Assembly (NCBI GenBank): GCA_028715905.1
Contig: JAQUQV010000003.1
Span: forward strand, 10,066 to 74,065
Length of the DNA stretch: 64,000 nt
Direction of reading: 5' to 3'
Source of the DNA: Kiritimatiellia bacterium
Lineage (GTDB): Bacteria > Verrucomicrobiota > Kiritimatiellia > JAAZAB01
Shown: positions 47,971-59,901 of the stretch, piece by piece
Layout of the letters: each line of letters begins with the position of its first letter
Numbering within the stretch: the first letter of the stretch is position 1
Notes under the pieces: model-generated
What the model saw: the letters and a program-made list of their open reading frames with translations, nothing else
What the model was told of the DNA's origin: nothing
Database searches by the model: none
Made by a program: the position numbers and the translations under genes

Positions 47971-49047
47971 TTGAATATGACGTCAAAAGAAAGAGTGTTG
48001 ACGGCGTTCGCGAGTCAGGAGCCTGATCGCGTGCCTGTCAATTATCTTGCCAACGCCGGCATAGACCGGCGCTTGAAGGAACATTTCGGACTGGGAGAGA
48101 ATGACGGCGAGGGGTTGCGCCATGCGCTCGGCGTTGATTTTCGCGGGGCAGGTGCGCCGTATAAAGGCCCCAGACTGCACGCGGATATTCCTGAACGCAG
48201 CATCAAGGTGGATGATTGGGGAATTCGCCGGCGATGGATTGAGCACGAAACAGGCGGTTACTGGGATTATTGCGAATTTCCGCTGCAAAGCGCCACGGAA
48301 GATGAGGTGGCCCGATGGTCCATGCCGTCGCCGGATGATTTTGATTACAGCGTTGTGGCGGGAAATTGCCGGAAAAACCGGGAATATGCGGTCTCTGCCG
48401 GTGGACCCGGGGTCGGCGACATCATCAACAGCAACGGCATGCTGCGCGGCATGGAACAGACGCTGGTGGACCTGATAACGGACGATCCTGCGGGAATGCT
48501 GCTGGCCCGGCGCCGGACCGATATTTATCTTGAAATCATTCGCCGCACTCTTGAAGCCGCAGAAGGCGGGATTGATTTTTTATGGATGGGCGAGGATTTG
48601 GGCACGCAGATAGCGCCCATTATCAGCCTGGACTTTTATCGCCGGCAAATCCGTCCGTTGCATCAGAAGTTCGTTGATCTGGCAAAGAGCTTTGGCCTGC
48701 CGGTGATGATCCACACCTGCGGTTCCAGCAGTTGGGCGTATGAAGATTTTATCCAAATTGGCATTAAAGTTGTGGATACCCTCCAGCCGGAGGCAAAAGA
48801 CATGGCTCCGGAATATCTGAAGAAAAAATTCGGCGGCCGGCTGGCGTTTCACGGCTGCATTTCCACGGCCGGTCCCGTTGCCACGGGAACAGTGGAGGAT
48901 ACCGCAGCCTATTGCAGGCACACGCTTGAAATCATGATGCCGGCCGGCGGGTATTGTTTTGCGCCCACGCATTCCCTGCAGGACAACTCTCCTGCGGAAA
49001 ACGTGGTTGCCATGTATGAAACCGCAAAAAAGTATGGAAAATATTAA
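47971..49047 (+). CDS. URO-D family protein (paralog of the preceding gene)
   Basis: MNMTSKERVLTAF..; URO-D-like throughout. Confidence 0.78.
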   Translation: MNMTSKERVLTAFASQEPDRVPVNYLANAGIDRRLKEHFGLGENDGEGLRHALGVDFRGAGAPYKGPRLHADIPERSIKVDDWGIRRRWIEHETGGYWDYCEFPLQSATEDEVARWSMPSPDDFDYSVVAGNCRKNREYAVSAGGPGVGDIINSNGMLRGMEQTLVDLITDDPAGMLLARRRTDIYLEIIRRTLEAAEGGIDFLWMGEDLGTQIAPIISLDFYRRQIRPLHQKFVDLAKSFGLPVMIHTCGSSSWAYEDFIQIGIKVVDTLQPEAKDMAPEYLKKKFGGRLAFHGCISTAGPVATGTVEDTAAYCRHTLEIMMPAGGYCFAPTHSLQDNSPAENVVAMYETAKKYGKY

Positions 49048-51442
49048 TGGTGAAACCGCTGCAAAATACATGAATAAAACGTCATTGATGGAACAGGCCT
49101 GCTGGATCTGGCCCGGCGCTCTTCATGAAAATGGCAGGAACGTGTATGCTGATTTCCGGCACGATTTCCAGGTCAAGCGCCGGAAGGGAAAAGCCCGGCT
49201 GTTCATTACGGCCGACCAGTGTTACATGTTGTATTTCAACGGCGAATATGCGGGGCGCGGTCCGGCGCGCGGCTATCAGGCAAGCTGGCCATGCGATGAA
49301 TTTGACCTTTCAGAATATGTCAGGCCCGGGCACAACTGGATCAGCGTGCGGGTTTACAATGCCGGTTGCAGCACCTTTCAGTATCTTCATCAGAGCGCCT
49401 GCGGCCTGATCTGCGCGGGCGAAGCGGGCGGGGTTGAAATTTTGAGCGGTGAAAAATGGCGGGGAAGACTTTCGCCCGCCAATCGCCGGGATACGGCCAG
49501 ATTGAGCGTGCAGCTTAATTACCAGGAATGGATTGACGCGCGTCTTGATGATCAGGCCTGGATTAATTCGGCCCGCCGGCCCGCCGGCTGGAAATCTCCC
49601 GCGGTCAAACGCCCGTTTGGATGTATGCCCTGGCATTCCCTGGAGCCGCGCGGGATACCAAATTTAGGCCATGAAGTATTGGCATATCAGCGCCTTGCCG
49701 CGCGCGGCCTGGGCCGGGCTGATGCCCGCTCCGAAAATGACGCCAATTTGACCCTGCCCTGGTTCCGGGAGCTTGCCCGCATAAGATGGGAACGGCTGAA
49801 CGCCGCCGGAGATTTTACCATTCTGCCGGCCCTCGCGAACGATGGGTTGCAGGCGGTTGTTTTTGACATGGGCCGGCCGGCTGTCGGAACGTTAATCGTG
49901 GATGCGGCGGGCGCGCGCGGCGGCGAGATTCTGGACTTTTTTTATTGCGAAGTTCTTTCGGCCGCCGGCGCGCCCGTTCTGGCCGATCCCGAAAAAGGAA
50001 GCGCTATGGCAATGTCAGGCCGGCTCATTTTACGCAAGGGAAGAACACGGCATGAGTTTTTCCAGATGATGGGGCATCGTTATGTAACGGTAATCGCGCG
50101 GAGGAACGCCGCGGCGTTGAAAATCGGCCTCCGGCTGCGGGAGACGATTTATCCGATGGCGGTCAGAGCCTTTTTTTATTCGGGCGATGAGAAACTGAAC
50201 GCGATTTACGGGATTTGCAGACAGACCCAGCGGGTCTGCGCGCTGGATAGTTACGTTGACACGCCGTGGCGCGAACAGGCGCAATGGTGGGGCGACGCGC
50301 GCGTGCAGGCTCAGAACACCTTCCATTTGAGCGCCGATACCCGTCTGCTGGCCAGGGGCATTCGTTCAATCGCCCGCCAGGAGGTTCCGAACGGCCTGAC
50401 TTACGGCCATGCTCCGACCGCGGCGCATGGCTGTATTCTTCCGGATTTTTCGCTGACCTGGCTCCTCACGATCTGGGATTATTATTTTCAGTCCGGAAAC
50501 GTCTCGCTCTTCCATGAACAATACGCGCGGATTGAAAAAGTGCTGGATTATTTCCGCGGTGAAGGACGCTCCGCGAACGGATTGCTTCGGTTTGACCGGC
50601 GTTACTGGCTGTTTCTGGACTGGAGCGATCTTGACAAGGCCGGCAATCCGGCGCTTTTGAACTTGTGGTACGTCCTGGCGCTTGAAAAAACGGCAAAACT
50701 GGCCGGCCTCGCCAAAATGCCCGCTGAACAGCGAAAACTGGCCCGCGAATATGACGGGTTTTGCCGGAAAGTTATTGGCGCGTTCTGGGACGGCAAACTG
50801 GAAATGTTCTGCGACGGTTTGGACGAAAAAGGCCGGCGGGTTGGAAAATATTCTGTTCATGCCCAGACTTTGGCGATATTGTGCGGCCTGAAAAAGCGGC
50901 GGCACAAGGCAATGTTTGAAAAACTGCTCCTGCCTTATGCGCGCGGTAAAAATATTCCCGGATCAAAACCTTCCAGCTACTGGGTGAATTATGTGTATGA
51001 AGTTTTGAAGCGGGCCGGTTATGGCGCGGAAGCGGTGCGGCATATCCGCAAGAACTGGACGCCGATGATTCCCTCCGGCGGAACATGGGAGGTGTTTGCA
51101 AGCCGATCCGGCGTGCATTCGGTCACGCATGCCTGGGCGGCGCATCCCTTGTATCACCTGGCCGGAACCCTGGGGGGAATTCTGCAGAAAAGCGCCGGTT
51201 GGAAGGAAATAATCTTCCGGCCGGTCATTATGCCGGAATACGGGTTCATTGATTGCGCCGTGCCGACGCCGCTCGGGATAATTAAATCACGATGGGAAGC
51301 GAGCCGTAACAAAGCCGAAGTCGCGTTGGAATTGCCCGCCGGTGTCAGGGCCGGCGTGTTTCTGCCGGGCATAAAAGAACAATGCGGCGGAAAAAACAAG
51401 TGGCGGGTTGCGCTTGATAAACAGGCGTTCCCTTTTGCATAG
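49034..51442 (+). CDS. GH78 alpha-L-rhamnosidase family glycoside hydrolase
   Basis: Rhamnosidase N-domain (WIWPG.., QCYMLYFNGEY) and (alpha/alpha)6 domain (DTPWREQAQWWGDA). Confidence 0.8.
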   Translation: MENINGETAAKYMNKTSLMEQACWIWPGALHENGRNVYADFRHDFQVKRRKGKARLFITADQCYMLYFNGEYAGRGPARGYQASWPCDEFDLSEYVRPGHNWISVRVYNAGCSTFQYLHQSACGLICAGEAGGVEILSGEKWRGRLSPANRRDTARLSVQLNYQEWIDARLDDQAWINSARRPAGWKSPAVKRPFGCMPWHSLEPRGIPNLGHEVLAYQRLAARGLGRADARSENDANLTLPWFRELARIRWERLNAAGDFTILPALANDGLQAVVFDMGRPAVGTLIVDAAGARGGEILDFFYCEVLSAAGAPVLADPEKGSAMAMSGRLILRKGRTRHEFFQMMGHRYVTVIARRNAAALKIGLRLRETIYPMAVRAFFYSGDEKLNAIYGICRQTQRVCALDSYVDTPWREQAQWWGDARVQAQNTFHLSADTRLLARGIRSIARQEVPNGLTYGHAPTAAHGCILPDFSLTWLLTIWDYYFQSGNVSLFHEQYARIEKVLDYFRGEGRSANGLLRFDRRYWLFLDWSDLDKAGNPALLNLWYVLALEKTAKLAGLAKMPAEQRKLAREYDGFCRKVIGAFWDGKLEMFCDGLDEKGRRVGKYSVHAQTLAILCGLKKRRHKAMFEKLLLPYARGKNIPGSKPSSYWVNYVYEVLKRAGYGAEAVRHIRKNWTPMIPSGGTWEVFASRSGVHSVTHAWAAHPLYHLAGTLGGILQKSAGWKEIIFRPVIMPEYGFIDCAVPTPLGIIKSRWEASRNKAEVALELPAGVRAGVFLPGIKEQCGGKNKWRVALDKQAFPFA

Positions 51443-51611
51443 CGCAGACTTCCGCGCGGGGCCGGGCCGATTTGCCGCGGAAGGCGGCTTGCGGCGCGGT
51501 TATTCTTTCCTGGCCTGTCCCTCTCCCTGAAATTTAGCTTGCGCCGGACCGGGCACGGTGCTAAACAATTTCCCGGTCGTTACATCGCAAATTGCAGGAA
51601 AGGCGGCGCGT

Positions 51612-52994
51612 ATGGCGCATAATTTGATTGCCCGGAATATTGATTCGTTCAATCCGCAAAACCGCCTCGCGGCGCTGGCGGATATTTTGCGTGATTTGAA
51701 TCTGCAACCGAATGCTTCCGCCGGTCCTGGCAGACTCGTTCCCGGCCTGATAAACATGCACATTCATTCCTTTTATTCCTACAATGCCCGGGGCTATTCT
51801 CCGGCGCATATCGCCCTGGAATGCCGGAGGAATAATTTTTATGCGGCCGGTCTGTGCGATTTTGACGTTCTGGACGGTCTGGAGGAGTTTTTCACGGCCG
51901 GTGAAAAGCTCGGCCTGCGCGTCGCTGTGCATCTTGAAACCCGCGCGTTTTTGCGGGAATACGCGGAAATGGATATCAATTCTCCCGGAGAGCCGGGCGT
52001 CGCTTATATCATGGGCGCCGGGTTCGGCTCGTTGCCGCCCGGAAATTCGCCGGCCGGGGAGTTTTTGCGGGAATTGCGCCGGCGGGCCAACGCGCGCAAC
52101 CGCGCGCTGGTCGGAAGAATCAACGCCCGCCTGCCGGAAATAATGATTGATTATGACGCGCAAGTCCTGCCCCTTTCGCCCGGCGGATGCCCTACCGAGC
52201 GGCACATCGTGCAGGCCTACCGCGCGAAAGCGCAAGACGTTTTCGCAGACCGCGAAAAATTAACCGCATTTTGGTCAAAACTGATGCGTAAAACCGCGCC
52301 GGAAACCGCGGCGCTCCTCAATGATCCGCCGGTTATGGATGATAAAATCCGATCGCTCCTTGCAAAATCCGGCGGCATTGGATACGCGCAGCCGGATGAA
52401 AAAACGTTTCCTCCGGCCGATGATTTTATCCGCTGGGTCCTGCAGTGCGGCGCCGTTCCCATGGCAACCTGGCTGGATGGAACCAGCCGGGGCGAAACAA
52501 ACATGCTGAAAATACTTGAATGTCTCCAGGCCAAAGGCGCGGCCGCGCTCAATATCATACCGGATCGAAACCACAATATAAAAAATCAGGACGAACGCCG
52601 CGTCAAACTGCAAAAATTGAACGAAGTGATATCGGCTGCCCGTAAATTGCAGTTTCCCGTAAACATCGGCACTGAAATGAACAAAAACGGACAGCTGTTT
52701 GCCGACGATCTGGATTGCGCCGCCCTGGCCGATTACCGGCATGATTTTCTGGAAGGGGCCGCGATCATGGTCGGGCAGGGCGTTTTGACCCGTTACGCCG
52801 GCTTTTCCTATTGCGGACCATCGGCGCAAAGCGAATTCGGCCGCGATACCGCGCGCAAAAACAGATTTTTTGCCCAGGCTGGTAATTTGCCGCCCTTGTC
52901 CGTCCGGCAAGCGGATTGCCTCCGGAATATGCCCCGCGAAAAGGCCTTCCTGGCCATCCGCGATTCGGCAAACCAGGGAAAGTGGCAGGTATAG
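51612..52994 (+). CDS. PHP-domain metal-dependent phosphoesterase
   Basis: PHP N-terminal motif INMHIHSFYSYNARGYSP. Confidence 0.68.
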   Translation: MAHNLIARNIDSFNPQNRLAALADILRDLNLQPNASAGPGRLVPGLINMHIHSFYSYNARGYSPAHIALECRRNNFYAAGLCDFDVLDGLEEFFTAGEKLGLRVAVHLETRAFLREYAEMDINSPGEPGVAYIMGAGFGSLPPGNSPAGEFLRELRRRANARNRALVGRINARLPEIMIDYDAQVLPLSPGGCPTERHIVQAYRAKAQDVFADREKLTAFWSKLMRKTAPETAALLNDPPVMDDKIRSLLAKSGGIGYAQPDEKTFPPADDFIRWVLQCGAVPMATWLDGTSRGETNMLKILECLQAKGAAALNIIPDRNHNIKNQDERRVKLQKLNEVISAARKLQFPVNIGTEMNKNGQLFADDLDCAALADYRHDFLEGAAIMVGQGVLTRYAGFSYCGPSAQSEFGRDTARKNRFFAQAGNLPPLSVRQADCLRNMPREKAFLAIRDSANQGKWQV

Positions 52995-53236
52995 CCCGCA
53001 TATATGTGCGGCGTAATGTCTCTCTTGTTTTGGCCAGAGAGCGGCATATTGCCTCGCTTTCTGGTTTCCAAGCAAGCGTATTGTTATTTCCTGAATTTTG
53101 CGCGCAAAATTCAGGTGATATCTATATTGATGGACGGTTAATATTTTTTGGCATATAATCTGCTCTTTTTACAATTGAAATAAATTCTTTCCCTGCCGGA
53201 TTGTTTTTTGATGGAAGTCTCAGAAGGAAAACCGAA

Positions 53237-55888
<2,652 letters not shown>

Positions 55889-56012
55889 TTGCGCCGCGGC
55901 TGAATTGGCCCGCCTTGCAGTTTGAGTTTGATTTTCATAATGCGGGGAGTATTCTTGAACAGGCCAAAATCAATGAAAGCCCGTTTTTTCAAATGGGCAT
56001 AAACGCCTGGTC

Positions 56013-59000
56013 ATGAGTCTCCTGTTTAAAAACGGCGGGAAACGCGTTCTGAAGCCGTCCTTTGAAGAGTTGCGGCAAATTTGTCCGGATGTTCCGGATG
56101 GTTTGTTGCGCGCTCATCTGGAAAGGCTGGGTGAAAATTATTACGGCATTTTTACACCGGCGCAGGCGGGGCGCCACCTCCGGGCGCTGGCCGGGTTGAA
56201 CAGCGAAAATCCGGTCCATGTTTTGTTTGAAAACGAATCGGACGGAAAAACGGTGTGCACTGTTCTGGCCTGCGATTATCCGTCCGAATTTTCCCTGATC
56301 AGCGGGGTTTTAGCCGGCATGGGCGGCAACATTCTTGCCGGCAATGTTTTTACTTACCGTCCTCTTCTGCCGGAGGAGCGCGATAATCCGCAGTCGGCCG
56401 TTATCCGGAGGATGATCATTGACCGTTTTGTCATCGCGGTGCAATCCGATTTGCCAGCGGCGGTCTGGCGGGAAAAAATCAGCGCTGTCCTCGGCGAGGT
56501 CATTCGCAATCTGGAAATGGGCGGCGGCGGGTTGGAAAACGCGCGCCGGATGGTGAACGAAATGGTGGCCGCCCGCTTGGCCGTCTTGAAACTTCAGGCC
56601 GGGACGGTGTTGTATCCGGTGGCCATTGAAGTAACCGACACGCCGGAATACACCCGTTTGACGGTTATTTCGCAGGATACGCCGGCTTTCCTTTACACTT
56701 TGAGCGCCGCCCTGGCGCTCCAAAACCTATCCATTGAGCAGGTGAAAATAAGCACCGCTGCGGGAAAAATCCAGGATGAAATTGACATTCTTGACAAACA
56801 TGGCCTGAAAATCAGCGACGCGGCGCGGCTGGACACCGTCAAAATCGCCATCCTGCTGACCAAGCAATTCACCTGCTTCCTCGGCATATCGCCCGATCCA
56901 TACGCGGCCCTCTGCCGCTTTGACAACATGCTGAAATCGGTGCTTGCCGTCCCGAACAGGGAAGAATGGATAAAACTGCTTTCCACCCCGCAGGCTTTGC
57001 AGAATTTGGCCCGCCTTCTGGGAGCCAGCGACTATGTCTGGGAGGACTTCGTCCGTTTGCAGTACGAGACGCTTCTCCCCATTCTCAATGCGGGGGCGGA
57101 TCCGAAAATCAAAAACAAAACCTTCGCCACGCCGCCGGAAGGACTTGAAGGCAAGCTTGCCCGGAAACTGAAAAAGGCGGAAGGGATGGATGAAGAGCGC
57201 CGTATTTTGAACGAGTTCAAGAATGACGAGCTTTACCTGATTGACCTGGAACAGATTCTCAATCCGGCGATTGACGTCAAGATGTTTTCGCGGCGGCTGA
57301 CCCGTCTGGCCGAGGCGGTGGTGCGCGCCGCGGCTGAAATCATATTCCGCAATCTGCGGGAAAAACACGGCTTGCCCCGCACCATCGCCGGCTTTGAGGT
57401 CCAGTGGGCGATTTTCGGCCTGGGCAAATTCGGCGGCGAAGCGCTGGGCTACGCCTCGGATATTGAACTCCTGCTGGTTTTCGGCGATAACGGCAAAACC
57501 GATGGCGCGCGCGGCGTCGCAAATTCTGATTATTTCTGCGCGGCGGCGGGGATGCTTTCGGACGTCATTGCCGCGAAGCGCGAGGGCATCTTCCGGGTTG
57601 ACACCCGTTTGCGGCCGTACGGCGAGAGCGGTCCGCGCGCCTGCAGTCTGGAAAGTTTCTGCCGCTATTACGGATCCAATGGCAAAGCCCATTCCTACGA
57701 GCGCCTGGCGCTGGTCCGGTTGCGCGCGGTGGCGGGCGACGCCGAAATGGGCGCCAGGGTCGCGCGCCTGCGGGATGAATTTGTTTACGGCGCTTCAAAC
57801 ATCAAGTTTGACGAATTGCGGGCCTTGCGCGAAAAACAGCTTGCCGAAAAAATTTCCGGCGGACGTTGCAACGCCAAGTTCAGTCCGGGCGCCCTGGTTG
57901 ACCTTGAATATGACATCCAGCTGCTCCAGGTCATGCACGGCCGGCATGACGCGCGCCTGCGCACGCCCCGCATTCACGAGGCCCTGGAGGAACTTTCCGC
58001 GCTCGGTGTGCTTGGACGGGAGGAGAGCCGGCAGTTGACGGAAGCCTATTATTTTTTCCGGAGATTGATCAACGGTTTGCGGATGCTGCGCGGTTCGGCG
58101 CGCGATCTTTTCCTGCCCCCGGTTGGTTCGCCCGAGTTCGTCCATCTGGCCCGGCGCATGGGGTACCAGCGCGACGGACGGCTGGAGCCGGAACAGAGCT
58201 TGCGGGTTGAGTTTGAAACCCGCACGGCGGCGGTGCGCGCATTTGTTGAACGGCATTTCGGACGCGATTCCCTGCCCGGCAAGCCGCAGGGGAATATGGC
58301 CGACCTCGTCCTTTCCGATTTGGTTCCGGCGCCGCTGCGGGAAAGAATTCTCGCGCCCGTCGGCTTCAAGAACGCGGAACGGGCGTATTTGAACCTGCGC
58401 AAACTCCGGTCGGGTGAAACAGACGGGGGGGGCGGAGGGCAGGAGTTTGCCGTCTTGGCGGTTCTGGCGGGCGATCATCTCAGGCGCTCGGTTGATCCCG
58501 ACCGCGCGTTGAACAACTGGGAACGCTACGCGCGCGCCGCCGGCGGTGGCGGGAACCATTTCAAGCTTCTTCTGGCGCAGCCCAAACGGCTGGAAATATT
58601 GCTGAACATTTTCGCGGCGAGCCAGTTTCTGGCCGATACGCTTGTTGCCAATCCTGAATTCCTGAACTGGGTGACGGCCGCGGAGGTGATCAACGGGGCG
58701 CGCCCGCGGGGGGCGCTTGAATCGGATCTCCGGGATTTCAGCGGCGGCCGCAATCTCCGCGACTGGCTGAACGCGGTCCGGCGCTTTCGGTCCCGGGAAA
58801 TATTGCGGATCGGCACGCGCGATATCTGCCTGCACGCGCCGATTTCCGGGATTACCGCGGATTTATCGTCGCTGGCCGAGGTGATGATCCGGGCGGCCAT
58901 GGAACGATTCGGCCTGGAAACGGGGCTAAACCTGTCCGCTGATTTTTGCGTCGTGGCTTTTGGCAAGTTGGGCGGGCGCGAATTAAATTACAGCTCCGAT

Positions 59001-59792
59001 ATTGATTTGCTGGGGATTTTCAACGCGGCGGAGCCGGCCGCCGGCGATATGTTTTGCCGGGCGATGCGGCAGGTCGGCAAATATCTTTCCGGCCATACCG
59101 AGGAAGGCCACGCCTATCGCGTTGACTTCCGTCTGCGCCCCTATGGCCGCGCCGGACAGGTCGCTTGTTCTCTGCCGGCCCTGGCGGATTATTACTGCAA
59201 GCGGTCGGCGCCCTGGGAAATCCAGGCCCTGTTAAAAGCCAGACCGGTCGCCGGCAGCGAAGAGCTGGGCGGGCGTTTTGTTGAAATGGCGCGCCGGGTC
59301 ATCCGGGAAAGAAAGGACAATAAGGAAATCATCGCTTCCATTGAAAAAACGCGCCGCGCCGCCGTCGGGGAGGCGCGGAACAACGGTTTGCTCGCGCGCG
59401 ACATCAAAAACGGGCAGGGCGGTATCCGTGACATTGAATTTCTGGCCCAGGGTCTCCAGCTTGTCCATGCTTCCGCAATTCCGGAACTGATCAACGGCAA
59501 CACTTTGGACGCCTTGACCGTTTTGGGCCGGCGCGGGCTCATCCCCCCCGAAGCGGCCGAGCAACTGAAACGCGATTATGAGTTTTTAAGGCGCGTTGAG
59601 CATTGCCTGCAAATCTTTGAGGACCGCCAGGTCCATGTTTTGCCCGGGCCGGGGCCGGAGCTTGAGGGGCTTGCCCGGCGGGTCATGGGGTACACGGCTT
59701 CTCCCGGAGAATTGCTGAACGAATTGGCGGTCTGCCGCGCGCGCGCGGAAAATTATCTGAAAACACACCTGACGCTCCGGGCGGCCGGCTGA
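56013..59792 (+). CDS. glnE: glutamine-synthetase adenylyltransferase GlnE-like protein with an N-terminal ACT-domain extension of about 350 aa
   Basis: Two GlnE nucleotidyltransferase modules (GLGKFGGEALGYASDIELLLVF .. RLRPYGESGP, and GKLGGRELNYSSDIDLLGIF .. RLRPYGRAGQ). N-terminal ACT-like segments (TVCTVLACDYPSEFSLISGVLAGMGGNI, RLTVISQDTPAFLYTLSAALALQNLSI). Confidence 0.78.
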   Translation: MSLLFKNGGKRVLKPSFEELRQICPDVPDGLLRAHLERLGENYYGIFTPAQAGRHLRALAGLNSENPVHVLFENESDGKTVCTVLACDYPSEFSLISGVLAGMGGNILAGNVFTYRPLLPEERDNPQSAVIRRMIIDRFVIAVQSDLPAAVWREKISAVLGEVIRNLEMGGGGLENARRMVNEMVAARLAVLKLQAGTVLYPVAIEVTDTPEYTRLTVISQDTPAFLYTLSAALALQNLSIEQVKISTAAGKIQDEIDILDKHGLKISDAARLDTVKIAILLTKQFTCFLGISPDPYAALCRFDNMLKSVLAVPNREEWIKLLSTPQALQNLARLLGASDYVWEDFVRLQYETLLPILNAGADPKIKNKTFATPPEGLEGKLARKLKKAEGMDEERRILNEFKNDELYLIDLEQILNPAIDVKMFSRRLTRLAEAVVRAAAEIIFRNLREKHGLPRTIAGFEVQWAIFGLGKFGGEALGYASDIELLLVFGDNGKTDGARGVANSDYFCAAAGMLSDVIAAKREGIFRVDTRLRPYGESGPRACSLESFCRYYGSNGKAHSYERLALVRLRAVAGDAEMGARVARLRDEFVYGASNIKFDELRALREKQLAEKISGGRCNAKFSPGALVDLEYDIQLLQVMHGRHDARLRTPRIHEALEELSALGVLGREESRQLTEAYYFFRRLINGLRMLRGSARDLFLPPVGSPEFVHLARRMGYQRDGRLEPEQSLRVEFETRTAAVRAFVERHFGRDSLPGKPQGNMADLVLSDLVPAPLRERILAPVGFKNAERAYLNLRKLRSGETDGGGGGQEFAVLAVLAGDHLRRSVDPDRALNNWERYARAAGGGGNHFKLLLAQPKRLEILLNIFAASQFLADTLVANPEFLNWVTAAEVINGARPRGALESDLRDFSGGRNLRDWLNAVRRFRSREILRIGTRDICLHAPISGITADLSSLAEVMIRAAMERFGLETGLNLSADFCVVAFGKLGGRELNYSSDIDLLGIFNAAEPAAGDMFCRAMRQVGKYLSGHTEEGHAYRVDFRLRPYGRAGQVACSLPALADYYCKRSAPWEIQALLKARPVAGSEELGGRFVEMARRVIRERKDNKEIIASIEKTRRAAVGEARNNGLLARDIKNGQGGIRDIEFLAQGLQLVHASAIPELINGNTLDALTVLGRRGLIPPEAAEQLKRDYEFLRRVEHCLQIFEDRQVHVLPGPGPELEGLARRVMGYTASPGELLNELAVCRARAENYLKTHLTLRAAG

Positions 59793-59901
59793 AAGCTTTG
59801 TCTCCCGCCGGCGGCGCCGCGGAAAAAAAACAGCAAAATCGCTTCCTGCGTTTTGCATTTCCGGGCTTTGGTTTTTCATCCCAACCATGTAAGCTGTCCT
59901 T

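Noticed and set aside
53100-53236. Heat-shock regulatory element upstream of clpB
   Set aside because: No TTAGCACTC-N9-GAGTGCTAA element and no convincing sigma32 -35/-10 pair; only a weak TTGATG ... CATATAAT sigma70-like arrangement with poor spacing.
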